A stretch of 64,000 nt of DNA from Candidatus Kaiserbacteria bacterium (GTDB lineage Bacteria > Patescibacteriota > Minisyncoccia > Phycocordibacterales > Phycocordibacteraceae): positions 70,331 through 134,330 of the forward strand of contig JACPGH010000003.1 of NCBI GenBank assembly GCA_016182485.1, written 5' to 3'. Positions 28,501 through 37,537 of this stretch are shown piece by piece; within the stretch, counting starts at the first letter, position 1; each line of letters opens with the position of its first letter. A program made the position numbers and the translations under genes. The notes under the pieces are model-generated. The model was given only the letters and a program-made list of their open reading frames with translations. It was not told the DNA's origin and made no database searches.

Positions 28501-30344
28501 TACAGCATGCTATCGTTGATGATCTTACTCAGGCAATCGCAAAACGTAACTCTACGGGATGGAAAAACTGTGTCGAGGAGCTTGATTTGCTTGTCGCGAA
28601 GAAAGAAAAGGCAATCAGACTTAGTGAGTTGTGCGATAAGCTTAGAAAGCAAGTACCTCGGCTTTGTGAGGAGATTATTGAGCTTGCCGATCAGAAACAG
28701 AGATTTGATTGCCCGGAAAATCTACTCGTTGCATGGAAAGTTGCTCGACTTGAATCGTGGCTCGACAGCATTCATGACCATGACGACATTGATACTTTGC
28801 AGGACCAGCTTGAACGTCTAAGCAAAAAGGAATTCGAGCTTAATTCCGAGCTTGTAACTGTGCTTGCTTGGCAGCGTCAAATCGACAAAGTTACCAAACG
28901 CCAACGCGATGCTTTGATGGCTTGGTCTGACGCAATGAAAAAGTACGGTAAGGGACTCGGAAAATACGCGAACAAATGGCTCAACTCGGCTCAACAGTCC
29001 CTCAAGGAAGCAAAAAATGCAGTTCCAGTTTGGATCATGCCCTTGCACCGGGCAGCTCAGATGTTCTCGGATCCTACTCCGGGTATGTTCGACGTAGTGA
29101 TTTTCGACGAGGCGAGTCAGTGTGATATTCGTGGTCTAACTATCGGATATCTCGGTAAGAAATTACTCGTTGTGGGCGATGATGATCAAATTAGTCCAGC
29201 TGGAATCTTTCAGGATCTAGAAAAGACATTCGAGCTCATTTCTCGATTCCTCTTCGATATTCCTCATAAAGACAATTTTTCAATTACCTCAAGTCTATTT
29301 GATCTCGCAAAAATCCGCATGCCGAACCTGATTCAACTAAATGAGCATTTCAGATGTGTTCCGGACATCATTGGTTTTAGTAATCACTATATTCCAGGAT
29401 ATAACCACAAAATTCAGCCGCTCCGTCATCCTAATCCAAAAGGTCTTCTTAAGCCTGCGCTTGTGCCAAAATTAGTAGAAGGTGGGTATCAAAACACCAA
29501 TAACAAAGTAAACGAACCTGAAGCAAAGGCGATTGTCGAGAAGCTTGTAGAGCTTCTTGAAGATCCGAATTACCAGAAGCGGCCGGATGGCCGTCTCTGC
29601 ACCTTTGGGATTATTTCTTTGCTTGCAGAGGACCAAGCAAAATACATCAAAGATTTAATTTTGAAGCATCCGAAGATCGGAGAGAAGATAATCGAAGAGA
29701 GAAAGATTATCTGTGGAGATGCATATGCCTTCCAAGGCGATGAGCGTGACGTAATGCTTTTGTCTATGGTAAGAGCGCTTGACCCGAACAATCTGAATGA
29801 TACAGTTGCACCTCTTATCGACAAAGGGGCAGCACAGCGCTTCAATGTGGCAGCTACTCGCGCACGCGATCAAGTATTTCTCTTTCATTCCATTCCTTTG
29901 GAACAATTCCGAAATCAAAACGATTGGCGCTTCAAGCTCCTCAATTGGTACTACGATCCAAAGAAAGAAGAAATTAAAGCGGGTCGTGAAGCGCTCAAGA
30001 GAGAATTCGATTCAGGTAGAGCGTCACAATTCTCGTACGAAGTCGGGAATCTTATCCTGGATAAAGGCTATCGGGTCTTGCCTGAGTATCCGCTGATTGG
30101 TTACCGTATTGATCTTGTTGTGCAGGGTGCCGAAGCTCGTCTTGCGGTCGAATGTGACGGGGATCAATATCACACGCTCGAAAATTGGGAAGAGGATCAA
30201 ACACGTGAACGTCAGCTACGTCGTGCTGGTTGGGAATTCTGGCGCGTAACCGGCAGTTCCTTCTATCGCCATAAAGAAAAAGCACTCTATAGTCTTTGGA
30301 AAAAGCTCGATGAACTTGGGATCAAGCCGATAATTGATTCTTAA
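25533..30344 (+). CDS. SF1 (UPF1/DNA2-like) helicase fused to a C-terminal Vsr/DUF559-like nuclease, with N-terminal zinc ribbon
   Basis: GPPGTGKS, FDEASQ, VGDDDQ, LNEHFRC, AFQGDERD, RFNVAATRAR; C-terminal YRIDLV..AVECDG..YH..GWEFWRV; N-terminal CTVC..CSEC. Confidence 0.85.
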   Translation: MARYRTRFDAKAYWATKPWCTVCKKHKVKDGAVCSECKKEAMKQQREINRNKESIADIPAAVEVQVSEPRKKRISNLSAEAQNKVIRLFTYLEKALAIDDSIVRDFRTTSAAPSPWWLADYPTDLENLTIRPFDTEKTPEGVQATSWLKVEKKNIKAAPELPDQLKEWIDDVNPLQEPTVKEKIDRKVLFTDYKDREKEFRNFRKDYRQGDGVPESLKDWVTILPNKLPEIISVRYEPDYWVGHTELTELLDGYTKNDWKPWAEQVKKVYKANLLYDQLYALRLLLKNEGDNYELLLGQGILTWQHQGVGTIYTPIFLSPLTLDFDASKRTIKINPDPMFRNFVETSALYETDNPAEMDLVTWGDTINANPFDFWHLETLKGQARTLINYVSPYGEDKFTDQIISAPTASQNPSIWNAPVIFARKRTNDMWSKYAATIRKDIEQYGIEATEFITDLVGEYDEVSVKLNGGSGEKMESDSISIPESELHFPLPWNDEQKRIAERLDANYGVVVKGPPGTGKSHTIANLIARFLAEGKSVLVTSQTSKALEVLRDKLPENIRSLAVSQLQQSAKRDDILQQSIGEISSNLGERDTKFSEARAENIRRELKRVREEKAALAAKIRQYILTDSSEKLIIEGEEIKPIDAAKFVDKNKNHKAIAWFTDKVPFDADPKFTEEDLQELYDIARAVEAVDRTLYKEDLPDPSILPNEDVVLSAFASYRDFSAKSKYSTNGAFSEAKIDQEKLGQLWELLHKAKKVLMSINKNYEQEIFNACAISQNEREKWSSILSKISEKIRITAKGKNSTIGHVISGQSNLSIHDLREAAEALYAKTSKGQLGTFSRMLLSGNAKRILETYKVDGVEPDNPERAEILRNSILVEEAERDIKILLEQGLSTIKNQPEIDVDHLDMIQLEVFVSGLQRLVNYHADFSAIDSCFNEVKELSDFSFTKKEEIETAIELTASHAASFELKNLEKSFTEWEDSIRSSVNFRIQHAIVDDLTQAIAKRNSTGWKNCVEELDLLVAKKEKAIRLSELCDKLRKQVPRLCEEIIELADQKQRFDCPENLLVAWKVARLESWLDSIHDHDDIDTLQDQLERLSKKEFELNSELVTVLAWQRQIDKVTKRQRDALMAWSDAMKKYGKGLGKYANKWLNSAQQSLKEAKNAVPVWIMPLHRAAQMFSDPTPGMFDVVIFDEASQCDIRGLTIGYLGKKLLVVGDDDQISPAGIFQDLEKTFELISRFLFDIPHKDNFSITSSLFDLAKIRMPNLIQLNEHFRCVPDIIGFSNHYIPGYNHKIQPLRHPNPKGLLKPALVPKLVEGGYQNTNNKVNEPEAKAIVEKLVELLEDPNYQKRPDGRLCTFGIISLLAEDQAKYIKDLILKHPKIGEKIIEERKIICGDAYAFQGDERDVMLLSMVRALDPNNLNDTVAPLIDKGAAQRFNVAATRARDQVFLFHSIPLEQFRNQNDWRFKLLNWYYDPKKEEIKAGREALKREFDSGRASQFSYEVGNLILDKGYRVLPEYPLIGYRIDLVVQGAEARLAVECDGDQYHTLENWEEDQTRERQLRRAGWEFWRVTGSSFYRHKEKALYSLWKKLDELGIKPIIDS

Positions 30345-30348
30345 GGAT

Positions 30349-31902
30349 ATGCTAATTTCGAAAACTTTTTTTCAGCACTGCTTACATTGTCCAAAAGACG
30401 CGTGGCTGAAATTACACAAACCTGAGTTACGAGGCCATTTTGTACCATCTGAATTTGAGCTACACCTGATGGAGCAAGGGAATGAAGTAGAATCGTACGC
30501 CCGCAACTTATTCCTGGGAGGTATTGAAGTCTCGACCACGGGCAAACATGCAGTCGAAGATACCGTACGGCTTATGGCAGAACATATACCAGTAATTTTC
30601 CAAGCTACTTTTATTGTTGATGGATTTATTGTTCGCAATGATGCGTTGAAATGGAACCCAGAGACTAATCTTTGGGATTTGTACGAAGTCAAGGGGACCA
30701 ACTCAATGAGACTCGACCAGAAGGAACGCGACCATGTAACCGATATTGCCTTTCAAGCTTCAGTGATGCGACACGCTCGCGTACCTCTCGGGCATTGCTA
30801 TTTAGTACATTTAAATAAAGAGTATGTTCGTGCCGGTGATCTCGATATCGAGTCTCTTTTCTCCATAGACGATGTGACCGATGCTGTGAATGTTCGTATA
30901 CCCGAAATTGAGCCGAAGATGGAGGCTGCAAAGGAATATTTAAATCGAGTGACTGAACCGCCCGGAGGCTGTGAGTGCGTATATTCCACTCGACGTAATC
31001 ACTGCACCACGTTTCAGTATTCAAACGGGCACGTTCCAGAATACTCCGTCCACGACATTTCCCGCATTCACAAGACCAAGCTCGCTAATTTGATCGAGCA
31101 AAATATTTTTGCCCTTGATGGTGTTGATCCAGAATTGCATCAACTCTCAGAGAAGCAGGGCAACCAAGTGCGTGCCCATCAAACGCAGAAGCCCGTCATT
31201 GATGCAGATGAGATATCTCAGTTTCTCGAATCTTTACAATTTCCACTCTATTTTTTCGACTACGAAGCGTATGCGCCAGCTATACCCGCGTTCAATGGGT
31301 ATAGCCCTTACAAATTTATTCCGTTTCAATTCTCTCTACATATCCTTCGTGAGCCTGGTGGCGAACTCGAGCATGTAGAATTCCTACATGAGGAATTTTC
31401 AGATCCATCAGAGGCCGTTGCTTTAAAGTTGAGAGAAATCTATTCCGAAGGCTCAGTTATCGTTTGGCACGAGACGTTTGAAAAGACGTTTATAAATGCG
31501 AATATAGCTCAACGACTGCCACATCATGCTGAGTTCTTCGAGAAGTTTAACGGTGCTATGGCTGATTTAGAGAAACTCTTTGTTGCTCAGCATTACATTC
31601 ATCATGGGTTTCGGGGGAGAACCTCAATCAAAAATGTCTTGCCCGTGCTTGCGCCAGGATTCTCATATGCCGAACTGGAAATCCATGAAGGTGGTCAAGC
31701 CTCGAATGAATGGTGGCGCATGATAGCACCGATAACTTCGCTGGAGGAGAAAAAGGAAATTGCAAAAAACCTTAAGGAATATTGCGGCTTAGATACTAAG
31801 GCCATGTATGCTATTTGGAAGCACTTGTTTGCTCTGGTGAATCAGATTGTTGAGATGCCAAGCGGAGCTAGCACAGAGTTGTCAAAATCGTCAAAGGTGT
31901 AA
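30349..31902 (+). CDS. DUF2779-like protein (Cas4-like PD-(D/E)xK domain plus RNase H-like domain)
   Basis: ISKT..CLHC, NDAL..LYEVKGT..DIAFQ, FFDYE..PFQFSLH, SIKNVLP and YCGLDT. Confidence 0.7.
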   Translation: MLISKTFFQHCLHCPKDAWLKLHKPELRGHFVPSEFELHLMEQGNEVESYARNLFLGGIEVSTTGKHAVEDTVRLMAEHIPVIFQATFIVDGFIVRNDALKWNPETNLWDLYEVKGTNSMRLDQKERDHVTDIAFQASVMRHARVPLGHCYLVHLNKEYVRAGDLDIESLFSIDDVTDAVNVRIPEIEPKMEAAKEYLNRVTEPPGGCECVYSTRRNHCTTFQYSNGHVPEYSVHDISRIHKTKLANLIEQNIFALDGVDPELHQLSEKQGNQVRAHQTQKPVIDADEISQFLESLQFPLYFFDYEAYAPAIPAFNGYSPYKFIPFQFSLHILREPGGELEHVEFLHEEFSDPSEAVALKLREIYSEGSVIVWHETFEKTFINANIAQRLPHHAEFFEKFNGAMADLEKLFVAQHYIHHGFRGRTSIKNVLPVLAPGFSYAELEIHEGGQASNEWWRMIAPITSLEEKKEIAKNLKEYCGLDTKAMYAIWKHLFALVNQIVEMPSGASTELSKSSKV

Positions 31903-31983
31903 ACCTATTTACAACTTTGACATGGATCATTGTAGTGGCGCGCTGCCGTTTGAAAAATGAAGATTTTATGAGATTATTGAATT

Positions 31984-34900
31984 ATGTCCAGGAAGGCAGT
32001 TGAAACCTACATTTCCAGCGTTGACGAGAAATTAAAGACAGGGCAAGCTCGCGAACATGCCTATCGCCCGTGTTTTGAAGCTTTAATTCATGCACTTGAT
32101 CCAAAACTCAAAATCGTAAACGATCCCTCGCGTAGCGAGCACGGCAACCCCGATTTTGTCTTTTTACGCGGAGATATCACAGCAGGGTATGCGGAGACGA
32201 AGGATCTCAACGATGATCTTGATAAAACTGAGAAATCGGAACAAATGAAACGCTACCTCGGCTACTCGAATCTCATTTTGACCGATTATCTCGAATTTCG
32301 GTTTTTCAGAAACGGCTCACGCTACGGCGAGCCGATTCGTATCGCAACTGTATCCGGCGGAAAACTCGAAGAGAGGACAGAAACATACGACGAACTTGCA
32401 ACTGCGCTCGCCGACTTTCTCGCTGGTACTCCCGAGCCGATCAAGAACGGAAAGCGTCTTGCCGAGATCATGGGCGGTAAAGCGCGGCGCATTCGTGACA
32501 ATGTACATCGTTTTCTCACAGATAAAGCCGACAGCGATACTGACCTTCTACGAATATATGAGTCGATCAAGAAAATGCTCGTCCACGACCTCCCGCTTGA
32601 GGCGTTTGCCGATATGTACGCGCAAACGCTCGTCTACGGTCTTTTTGTCGCACGCTATCACGACGACTCCGTCGATACATTCTCTCGCTCCGAGGCACGC
32701 GACCTCGTGCCGGAATCGAATCCTTTTTTGCGTCAATTCTTCAACCACATTGCTGGACCGGACTTCAACAAACGCCTGCGCTATATCGTGGACGAATTGT
32801 GCGTGGTGTTCGCCACGGCGAATGTGCGTGAATTGATGGAGCAATATTTCAAGCTGGATTTATGGGGAAAGGAACATGGGGGGCCAGATCCAGTTATTCA
32901 TTTCTACGAGGATTTCCTCAAAGAGTACGACGCGGAGCTGCGCAAGAAAATGGGCGCGTACTACACACCACTCCCGGTTGTGCGCTTTATCGTTCGCGCT
33001 ATAGATCATGTGCTCAAGACGGATTTCGGACTTGGGGATGGCCTCGCCGATACAACCAAACTCTCCGATGGAAGGCACAAGGTGCAAGTGCTCGATCCGG
33101 CCGTCGGCACCGGCACGTTCATCAGCGCTGTCATTCGCAACATCTACGAGCGATTTGTGAAGCAGGGTCAAAAGGGCCGATGGCCGACCTATGTCCACTA
33201 CGACCTCCTGCCGCGCATCCACGGCTTCGAGCTAATGATGACCGCCTACACCATCGCGCACTTGAAGCTCTCCATCGCGTTCAAACAAACAGGCTTCACC
33301 ATTTTTAACAAGCGGCTTGGCATCTATCTCACTAACTCGCTCGAAGAAGCGGGACCGCAAACCGACATGTTCTCACTCGGCTTCGCGCAGAGCATCGCGG
33401 AGGAAGCAAAGCAGGCGGCGGTTATTAAGAACGAGACTCCAATCATGGTTGTCCTCGGTAACCCGCCGTATTCAGGAGAATCGAGTAACGCATTTTACAA
33501 GGAACACGATGCTTACAAGATCGAGCCCACGGGCGGCAAGCTCAAGGAGCGCAACAGTAAATGGATCAATGATGATTATGTAAAATTCATTCGGCTTGCA
33601 GAAAGTTTGGTAGAGAAGAACGGCGAGGGTGTGGTCGCAATGATAACAGCACACGGCTATCTCGATAATCCTACATTCCGCGGAATGCGTTGGCATCTAA
33701 TGCAGACGTTCGAGAAAATTTACGTACTCGATTTGCACGGAAACGCAAACAAAAAGGAAAAGGCCCCTGATGGAAGCGAAGACAAGAATGTCTTTGACAT
33801 TATGACTGGTGTCTCTATTTTGATCGGAGTAAAGCACAAGAAATCCGCGGATAATCTTGCAACTGTCTTTCGCGCCGATTGTTTTGGCGCTCGAAAATTA
33901 AAGATAGATTTTTTGGAATCAAATTCGCTCGATACAATTTCTTGGCAAAAACTCAGACCATCCGCTCCCAATTATGAATGGGCAGCAAATGACGGCGAAG
34001 TAAGTGACGAGTATAAAAGAGGATTCTCTGTAACTGAACTCTTCACAGTTTCTAGTGTCGGTATCGTCACGTCGCGAGACGATTTTGTCATAGATATGGA
34101 CAAGCATACCCTCAGCAGACGAATTGAGGGATTTTTACAATCTGCAACGACCCAAGAAGCTCTCTCGAAATATGGTCTTAAAGAAAACCTGAAGTGGAAG
34201 GCAGTACAGGCTCTCAAACATAAGTACGACGAAGCACGCGTTATTCCAGTGAGTTACCGTCCCTTTGATTCTCGCTTCATCTACTACCATGACGATTTCA
34301 TTGAGAGACCGCGCGGAGAGGTAATGCAGTATTTTGTCGGTCACGAAAACATAGGTCTTGTCACAAACAAACGCATTGAAGGACCTCGCAAGTTTGCAGA
34401 TGCATTTTTATCCGATTGCGTTACTGATGCACGACGCGTTTCTTTAAAAGAGACGAACTATATTTTCCCACTTTATCTCTATGCAGAGGACGGTACGCGG
34501 GTATCAAATTTGAGCCAGGGCATCATGACACAGATCGCGAATTCGCTTGGTAGCGAACCGTCTCCGGAGAATATCTTTTATTATGTTTACGCAGGCCTTC
34601 ACTCACCGTCGTATCGAGAGAAACACAACGATTTTTTGAAAGCCACTTTCCCGCGCGTTCCTTATCCTAAAGACAAAAATCAATTTATGGGGCTGGCAGC
34701 GTTGGGCAAGGAATTACGCGAGCTTCACTTGCTCGAATCGCAGAAGGTGCGCAAGTACATAACATCATATCCTGAAAGCGGCTCGAATGTCGTCGAAAAG
34801 ATTGCTCGCAAGGGCGACGGAGTATATATCAACGAAACGCAACACTTCGGCGGTGTGCCGGATATTGCATGGAACTTCTATATTGGCAGCTACCAGCCTG

Positions 34901-35028
34901 CTCAGAAATGGCTCAAAGACCGCAAAGGTCGCACGCTCACGAACGAGAACATCGAGCACTACCAAAAAATCATCGTCGCCCTTGTCGAGACAGATCGAAT
35001 AATGAAAGAAATAGACAAAGCAGTATGA
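31984..35028 (+). CDS. Type IIG-like fused restriction endonuclease/N6-adenine methyltransferase with C-terminal specificity domain
   Basis: GNPDF..GYAETKD nuclease motif; GAYYTP, VLDPAVGTGTF and GNPPY; C-terminal FPRVP and GSYQPAQKWLKDRK. Confidence 0.88.
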   Translation: MSRKAVETYISSVDEKLKTGQAREHAYRPCFEALIHALDPKLKIVNDPSRSEHGNPDFVFLRGDITAGYAETKDLNDDLDKTEKSEQMKRYLGYSNLILTDYLEFRFFRNGSRYGEPIRIATVSGGKLEERTETYDELATALADFLAGTPEPIKNGKRLAEIMGGKARRIRDNVHRFLTDKADSDTDLLRIYESIKKMLVHDLPLEAFADMYAQTLVYGLFVARYHDDSVDTFSRSEARDLVPESNPFLRQFFNHIAGPDFNKRLRYIVDELCVVFATANVRELMEQYFKLDLWGKEHGGPDPVIHFYEDFLKEYDAELRKKMGAYYTPLPVVRFIVRAIDHVLKTDFGLGDGLADTTKLSDGRHKVQVLDPAVGTGTFISAVIRNIYERFVKQGQKGRWPTYVHYDLLPRIHGFELMMTAYTIAHLKLSIAFKQTGFTIFNKRLGIYLTNSLEEAGPQTDMFSLGFAQSIAEEAKQAAVIKNETPIMVVLGNPPYSGESSNAFYKEHDAYKIEPTGGKLKERNSKWINDDYVKFIRLAESLVEKNGEGVVAMITAHGYLDNPTFRGMRWHLMQTFEKIYVLDLHGNANKKEKAPDGSEDKNVFDIMTGVSILIGVKHKKSADNLATVFRADCFGARKLKIDFLESNSLDTISWQKLRPSAPNYEWAANDGEVSDEYKRGFSVTELFTVSSVGIVTSRDDFVIDMDKHTLSRRIEGFLQSATTQEALSKYGLKENLKWKAVQALKHKYDEARVIPVSYRPFDSRFIYYHDDFIERPRGEVMQYFVGHENIGLVTNKRIEGPRKFADAFLSDCVTDARRVSLKETNYIFPLYLYAEDGTRVSNLSQGIMTQIANSLGSEPSPENIFYYVYAGLHSPSYREKHNDFLKATFPRVPYPKDKNQFMGLAALGKELRELHLLESQKVRKYITSYPESGSNVVEKIARKGDGVYINETQHFGGVPDIAWNFYIGSYQPAQKWLKDRKGRTLTNENIEHYQKIIVALVETDRIMKEIDKAV

Positions 35029-35474
35029 TTGATTACGCACTTATCATAGGTGTCGTCTCAACAGGAGCGGCTGCGGTGGCCGCCTATTATGCCTACAAAG
35101 CGTACATAACAAACAATAGTCCGAAGCTAGTGGTCGAGGCACCATTCAATAGCTCGCTTCAACTCCGCAATGTGGGAACTGATGCTGCGAAAAACATCAA
35201 GGAACCGACCGGTATGTTTCGAGATATGCCGAGTGAGATATGGAATTTTACCGGCCCGATTGATTATTTGAGAGTTAAAAGTCCAGGTATTTCCCGGCAA
35301 ATAGATTTTCACGATGAGAAAAGAATCAAGCCATCGGACTCATCGATTGTTCGATTTGAATACGAAAATTCGGACGGAACCAGATTCTTTTCTGAAATCA
35401 AAGTCGAGCGAGGGCCTGCAACACAGCAGCTTTGGTTTGCAACACCAGTCCTAGTGAATTGGGGTAAATGCTAG
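35025..35474 (+). CDS. Hypothetical membrane-anchored protein
   Basis: ATGA overlap with the R-M gene; N-terminal TM helix followed by a beta-rich domain (LRNVG..A.NI). Confidence 0.6.
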   Translation: MIDYALIIGVVSTGAAAVAAYYAYKAYITNNSPKLVVEAPFNSSLQLRNVGTDAAKNIKEPTGMFRDMPSEIWNFTGPIDYLRVKSPGISRQIDFHDEKRIKPSDSSIVRFEYENSDGTRFFSEIKVERGPATQQLWFATPVLVNWGKC

Positions 35475-35679
35475 GAGTCTACGCGTCCCCTTTGCCTTTA
35501 TTGGCGGGATGTGCGCGCACGGGCTGGGGCAAGCACATATGGATTTGAGGCCTCGGGCATTTCCGCGACGGGATCTGGCCCACTGGTGAGCGCCGCCGCT
35601 CTCTTGCAAGTCTAAAAGCGCGTTTTTATACACTTTCGTGATTGCATTGCACGAAGAATCTTGTTACTTTATATGCACA

Positions 35680-35703
35680 ATGCAACGGAGGAACTTTAGA
35701 TAG
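35680..35703 (+). CDS. Putative leader peptide MQRRNFR
   Basis: ATG CAA CGG AGG AAC TTT AGA TAG after TTGCAT-17 bp-(TGt)TACTTT; the stop overlaps the terminator stem. Confidence 0.5.
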   Translation: MQRRNFR

Positions 35704-35754
35704 CCGCCGCGAAGCCTGCTCGCAAGAGTGGGTATTCGTGGCGGCTTTTCTATT
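35702..35754 (+). terminator. Terminator/attenuator hairpin directly upstream of tRNA-Phe
   Basis: AGCCGCC-GCGAA-GCCTGCTC-GCAA-GAGTGGGT-ATTCGT-GGCGGCT followed by TTTCTATT. Confidence 0.7.
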
Positions 35755-35825
35755 GCCTCCTTAGCTCAATGGTAGAGCACGCCTCTGAAAAGGGCGAGAA
35801 AGAGGTCCGATTCCTCTCGGAGGCA
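35755..35825 (+). tRNA. tRNA-Phe(GAA), atypical
   Basis: Anticodon arm CGCCT-CTGAAAA-GGGCG; T-loop TCCGATT; 7-66 mismatch. Confidence 0.75.
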
Positions 35826-35828
35826 CCC

Positions 35829-35900
35829 GCCCTCGTAAGCTAATGGATAAACTGTCGGGCTTCTATCCCGATCTTGGAGGTTCGAATCCTCCCGAGGGCA
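35829..35900 (+). tRNA. tRNA-Arg(TCT)
   Basis: GCCCTCG/CGAGGGC acceptor, anticodon arm TCGGG-CTTCTAT-CCCGA, T-loop TTCGAAT. Confidence 0.88.
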
Positions 35901-35964
35901 CAGTCCCATCGCAAACGAATTAGGACAGAAACCACATGACTACATGAAAGTCAGTCCCCTCTAA

Positions 35965-36023
35965 TCTCTAATTCGCGCGCCGTGCCCGCCGAAGCTTATG
36001 CGGAGGCGGGAATAGTAGAATAG
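35965..36023 (+). repeat. Dispersed composite repeat, copy A
   Basis: TCTCTAATTCGC + CCCGCCGAAGCTTATGCGGAGGCGGG + AATAGTAGAATAG. Confidence 0.8.
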
Positions 36024-36070
36024 TTTGCTGGCAGCAGCCGGGGAGGCGGATTTGGTACAATTGATGCAGG

Positions 36071-36489
36071 ATGCTCGATTCGAAACATAAGAAATTGCTC
36101 GTTGCGGTTATCGGACTAGCCTTATCGGCGGTGCGTTTTTCGTGCTCAAGTCGGATTCCGGTGACAAAGAACGAGAGGGCGGCATAACGGGCGTCGCAAT
36201 GCTCGGGCCCACGTGTCCGGTAATGCAAGATCCGCCCGATCCGCAGTGCGCCGACAAACCATACAAGACAGCGCTCGTGATAACTACCGACGACGAAGCG
36301 CGCGTGCTCAAGACTATCTATACCGACGTGAATGGCGCGTTCCGCGCCGAATTGCCGCCCGGTACCTATGCCATTCGCTCCGCCGCGGCGGCGAACATCC
36401 TGCCATACTGCTCGACCCAAGGTCCTGTGACGGTCGCGGCGGGAGCATTTTCCAACGTCGCGGTTTCCTGCGACACCGGAATCCGCTAA
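36071..36489 (+). pseudogene. Membrane-anchored carboxypeptidase-regulatory-like (transthyretin-like) protein with frameshift near 36122
   Basis: MLDSKHKKLLVAVIGLA joins LIGGAFFVLK...GPTCPV...TDVNGAF..LPPGTY...CDTGIR if one base is added. Confidence 0.6.
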
Positions 36490-36498
36490 CCATCCCGC

Positions 36499-36672
36499 TA
36501 TCTTCTCTAATTCGCATGCCGCGCCCGTCCGTAGCTGAAAGCGAAGGAGGGAATGGTAGAATAGTTGGCTCGCAGCCTCGTGATTATTTGCTGCAGTAGT
36601 CCCGTGTATCTTCTCTAATTCGCACGTCGTGCCCGTCCGTAGCTTCAAGCGAAGGAGGGAATAGGCGAATAG
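36499..36672 (+). repeat. Dispersed composite repeat, copies B (36499-36564) and C (36607-36672)
   Basis: TATCTTCTCTAATTCGCA.G..G.GCCCGTCCGTAGCT..AAGCGAAGGAGGGAAT.G..GAATAG, present twice. Confidence 0.85.
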
Positions 36673-36712
36673 TTGCAGAGAAAATGCGAGGCATGGTGGT
36701 AGAATATTGTTA

Positions 36713-37342
36713 ATGAAAGCCGTCGCTTTTATTGATGCTTCGAATCTGTCATATGGCGGCCAGAAGTCGTTAGGGTGGAGTATTGACTATGCGAAGCTCA
36801 GGGAGTATCTGACTGAAAAATATGGGATTGAGAAGGCATATTACTTCGGAGGAATTGAAATTCATGGACACCCGTTCGATTATTTGAAGTATGATTCTGT
36901 GCCAATAAGCCAAATCGAGAGATATCTTTCTGATTTGATAACGCGTGCCGGGCCAAAAATGACTGAAGCACAATTGGTTCTCGCCGACAGGCATCTCAAA
37001 AGAGTTCGCTTCTATAGGAAGCTAGCGGAATTTGGATATCGTCTGGTGTTAAAACCAGTAAAGTCTTATGAAGACGATGATGGGAACAGGCGCCGGAAAG
37101 CAAATTGCGATGTGGATATGGCTTTCTACATGATGAAAGAAATTGACTCTTATAATAGAGCCGTTGTTTTATCAGGCGATGGAGATTTTTTGCCAGTACT
37201 AAAACACCTGAGATCAATCGGTAAAGAAGTAATCATTCTCGCTCGAAGTCCCCGGACTGCGAAAGAAATAAAGCAATTTGCGGGAGCCGATTTTAGGGAT
37301 TTTGAATATTTAAGGGAACGTATCAAGCAGAAAGACGTGTAA
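36713..37342 (+). CDS. NYN (LabA/DUF88) domain nuclease
   Basis: FIDASN, KANCDVDM and LSGDGDF. Confidence 0.88.
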   Translation: MKAVAFIDASNLSYGGQKSLGWSIDYAKLREYLTEKYGIEKAYYFGGIEIHGHPFDYLKYDSVPISQIERYLSDLITRAGPKMTEAQLVLADRHLKRVRFYRKLAEFGYRLVLKPVKSYEDDDGNRRRKANCDVDMAFYMMKEIDSYNRAVVLSGDGDFLPVLKHLRSIGKEVIILARSPRTAKEIKQFAGADFRDFEYLRERIKQKDV

Positions 37343-37508
37343 ACAGCGAGCGGCACCCGTTTAGGATGCCGCTCAAGTCTGGTGTGCCTATTATAATCCG
37401 CTTATCGTTAATAATCAATGGTTGATGTTAATTACATTAATCATTGATTGCTGTCAAGCCCCCATCCTTTTTAGTGGGCAGGTGGAATATAAACACGTCT
37501 TCATTGAA

Positions 37509-37526
37509 ATAGTACGAACGTACTAT
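37509..37526. promoter_or_regulatory. Probable LexA operator between -35 and -10
   Basis: ATAGTACG-AA-CGTACTAT between TTGAAA (37504) and TATACT (37526). Confidence 0.65.
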
Positions 37527-37537
37527 ATACTGGCGGT

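Noticed and set aside
35480-35600. Possible structured ncRNA after the defence operon
   Set aside because: GC-rich with some pairing potential, but no recognisable family or convincing fold by eye.
22396-35755. Prophage or integrative element
   Set aside because: No integrase, phage structural or conjugation genes, and no duplicated tRNA 3' end (att site) was seen.
35902-35960. Third tRNA (GTCCCATCG...TTAGGAC resembles a Glu/Gln tRNA 5' half)
   Set aside because: No anticodon arm, T-arm or 3' acceptor strand can be formed; at most it is a relic.
35965-36672. CRISPR array or classical attC sites
   Set aside because: Spacing is irregular and gene-sized, the copies are degenerate, no RYYYAAC/GTTRRRY ends are evident, and no integron integrase is present.
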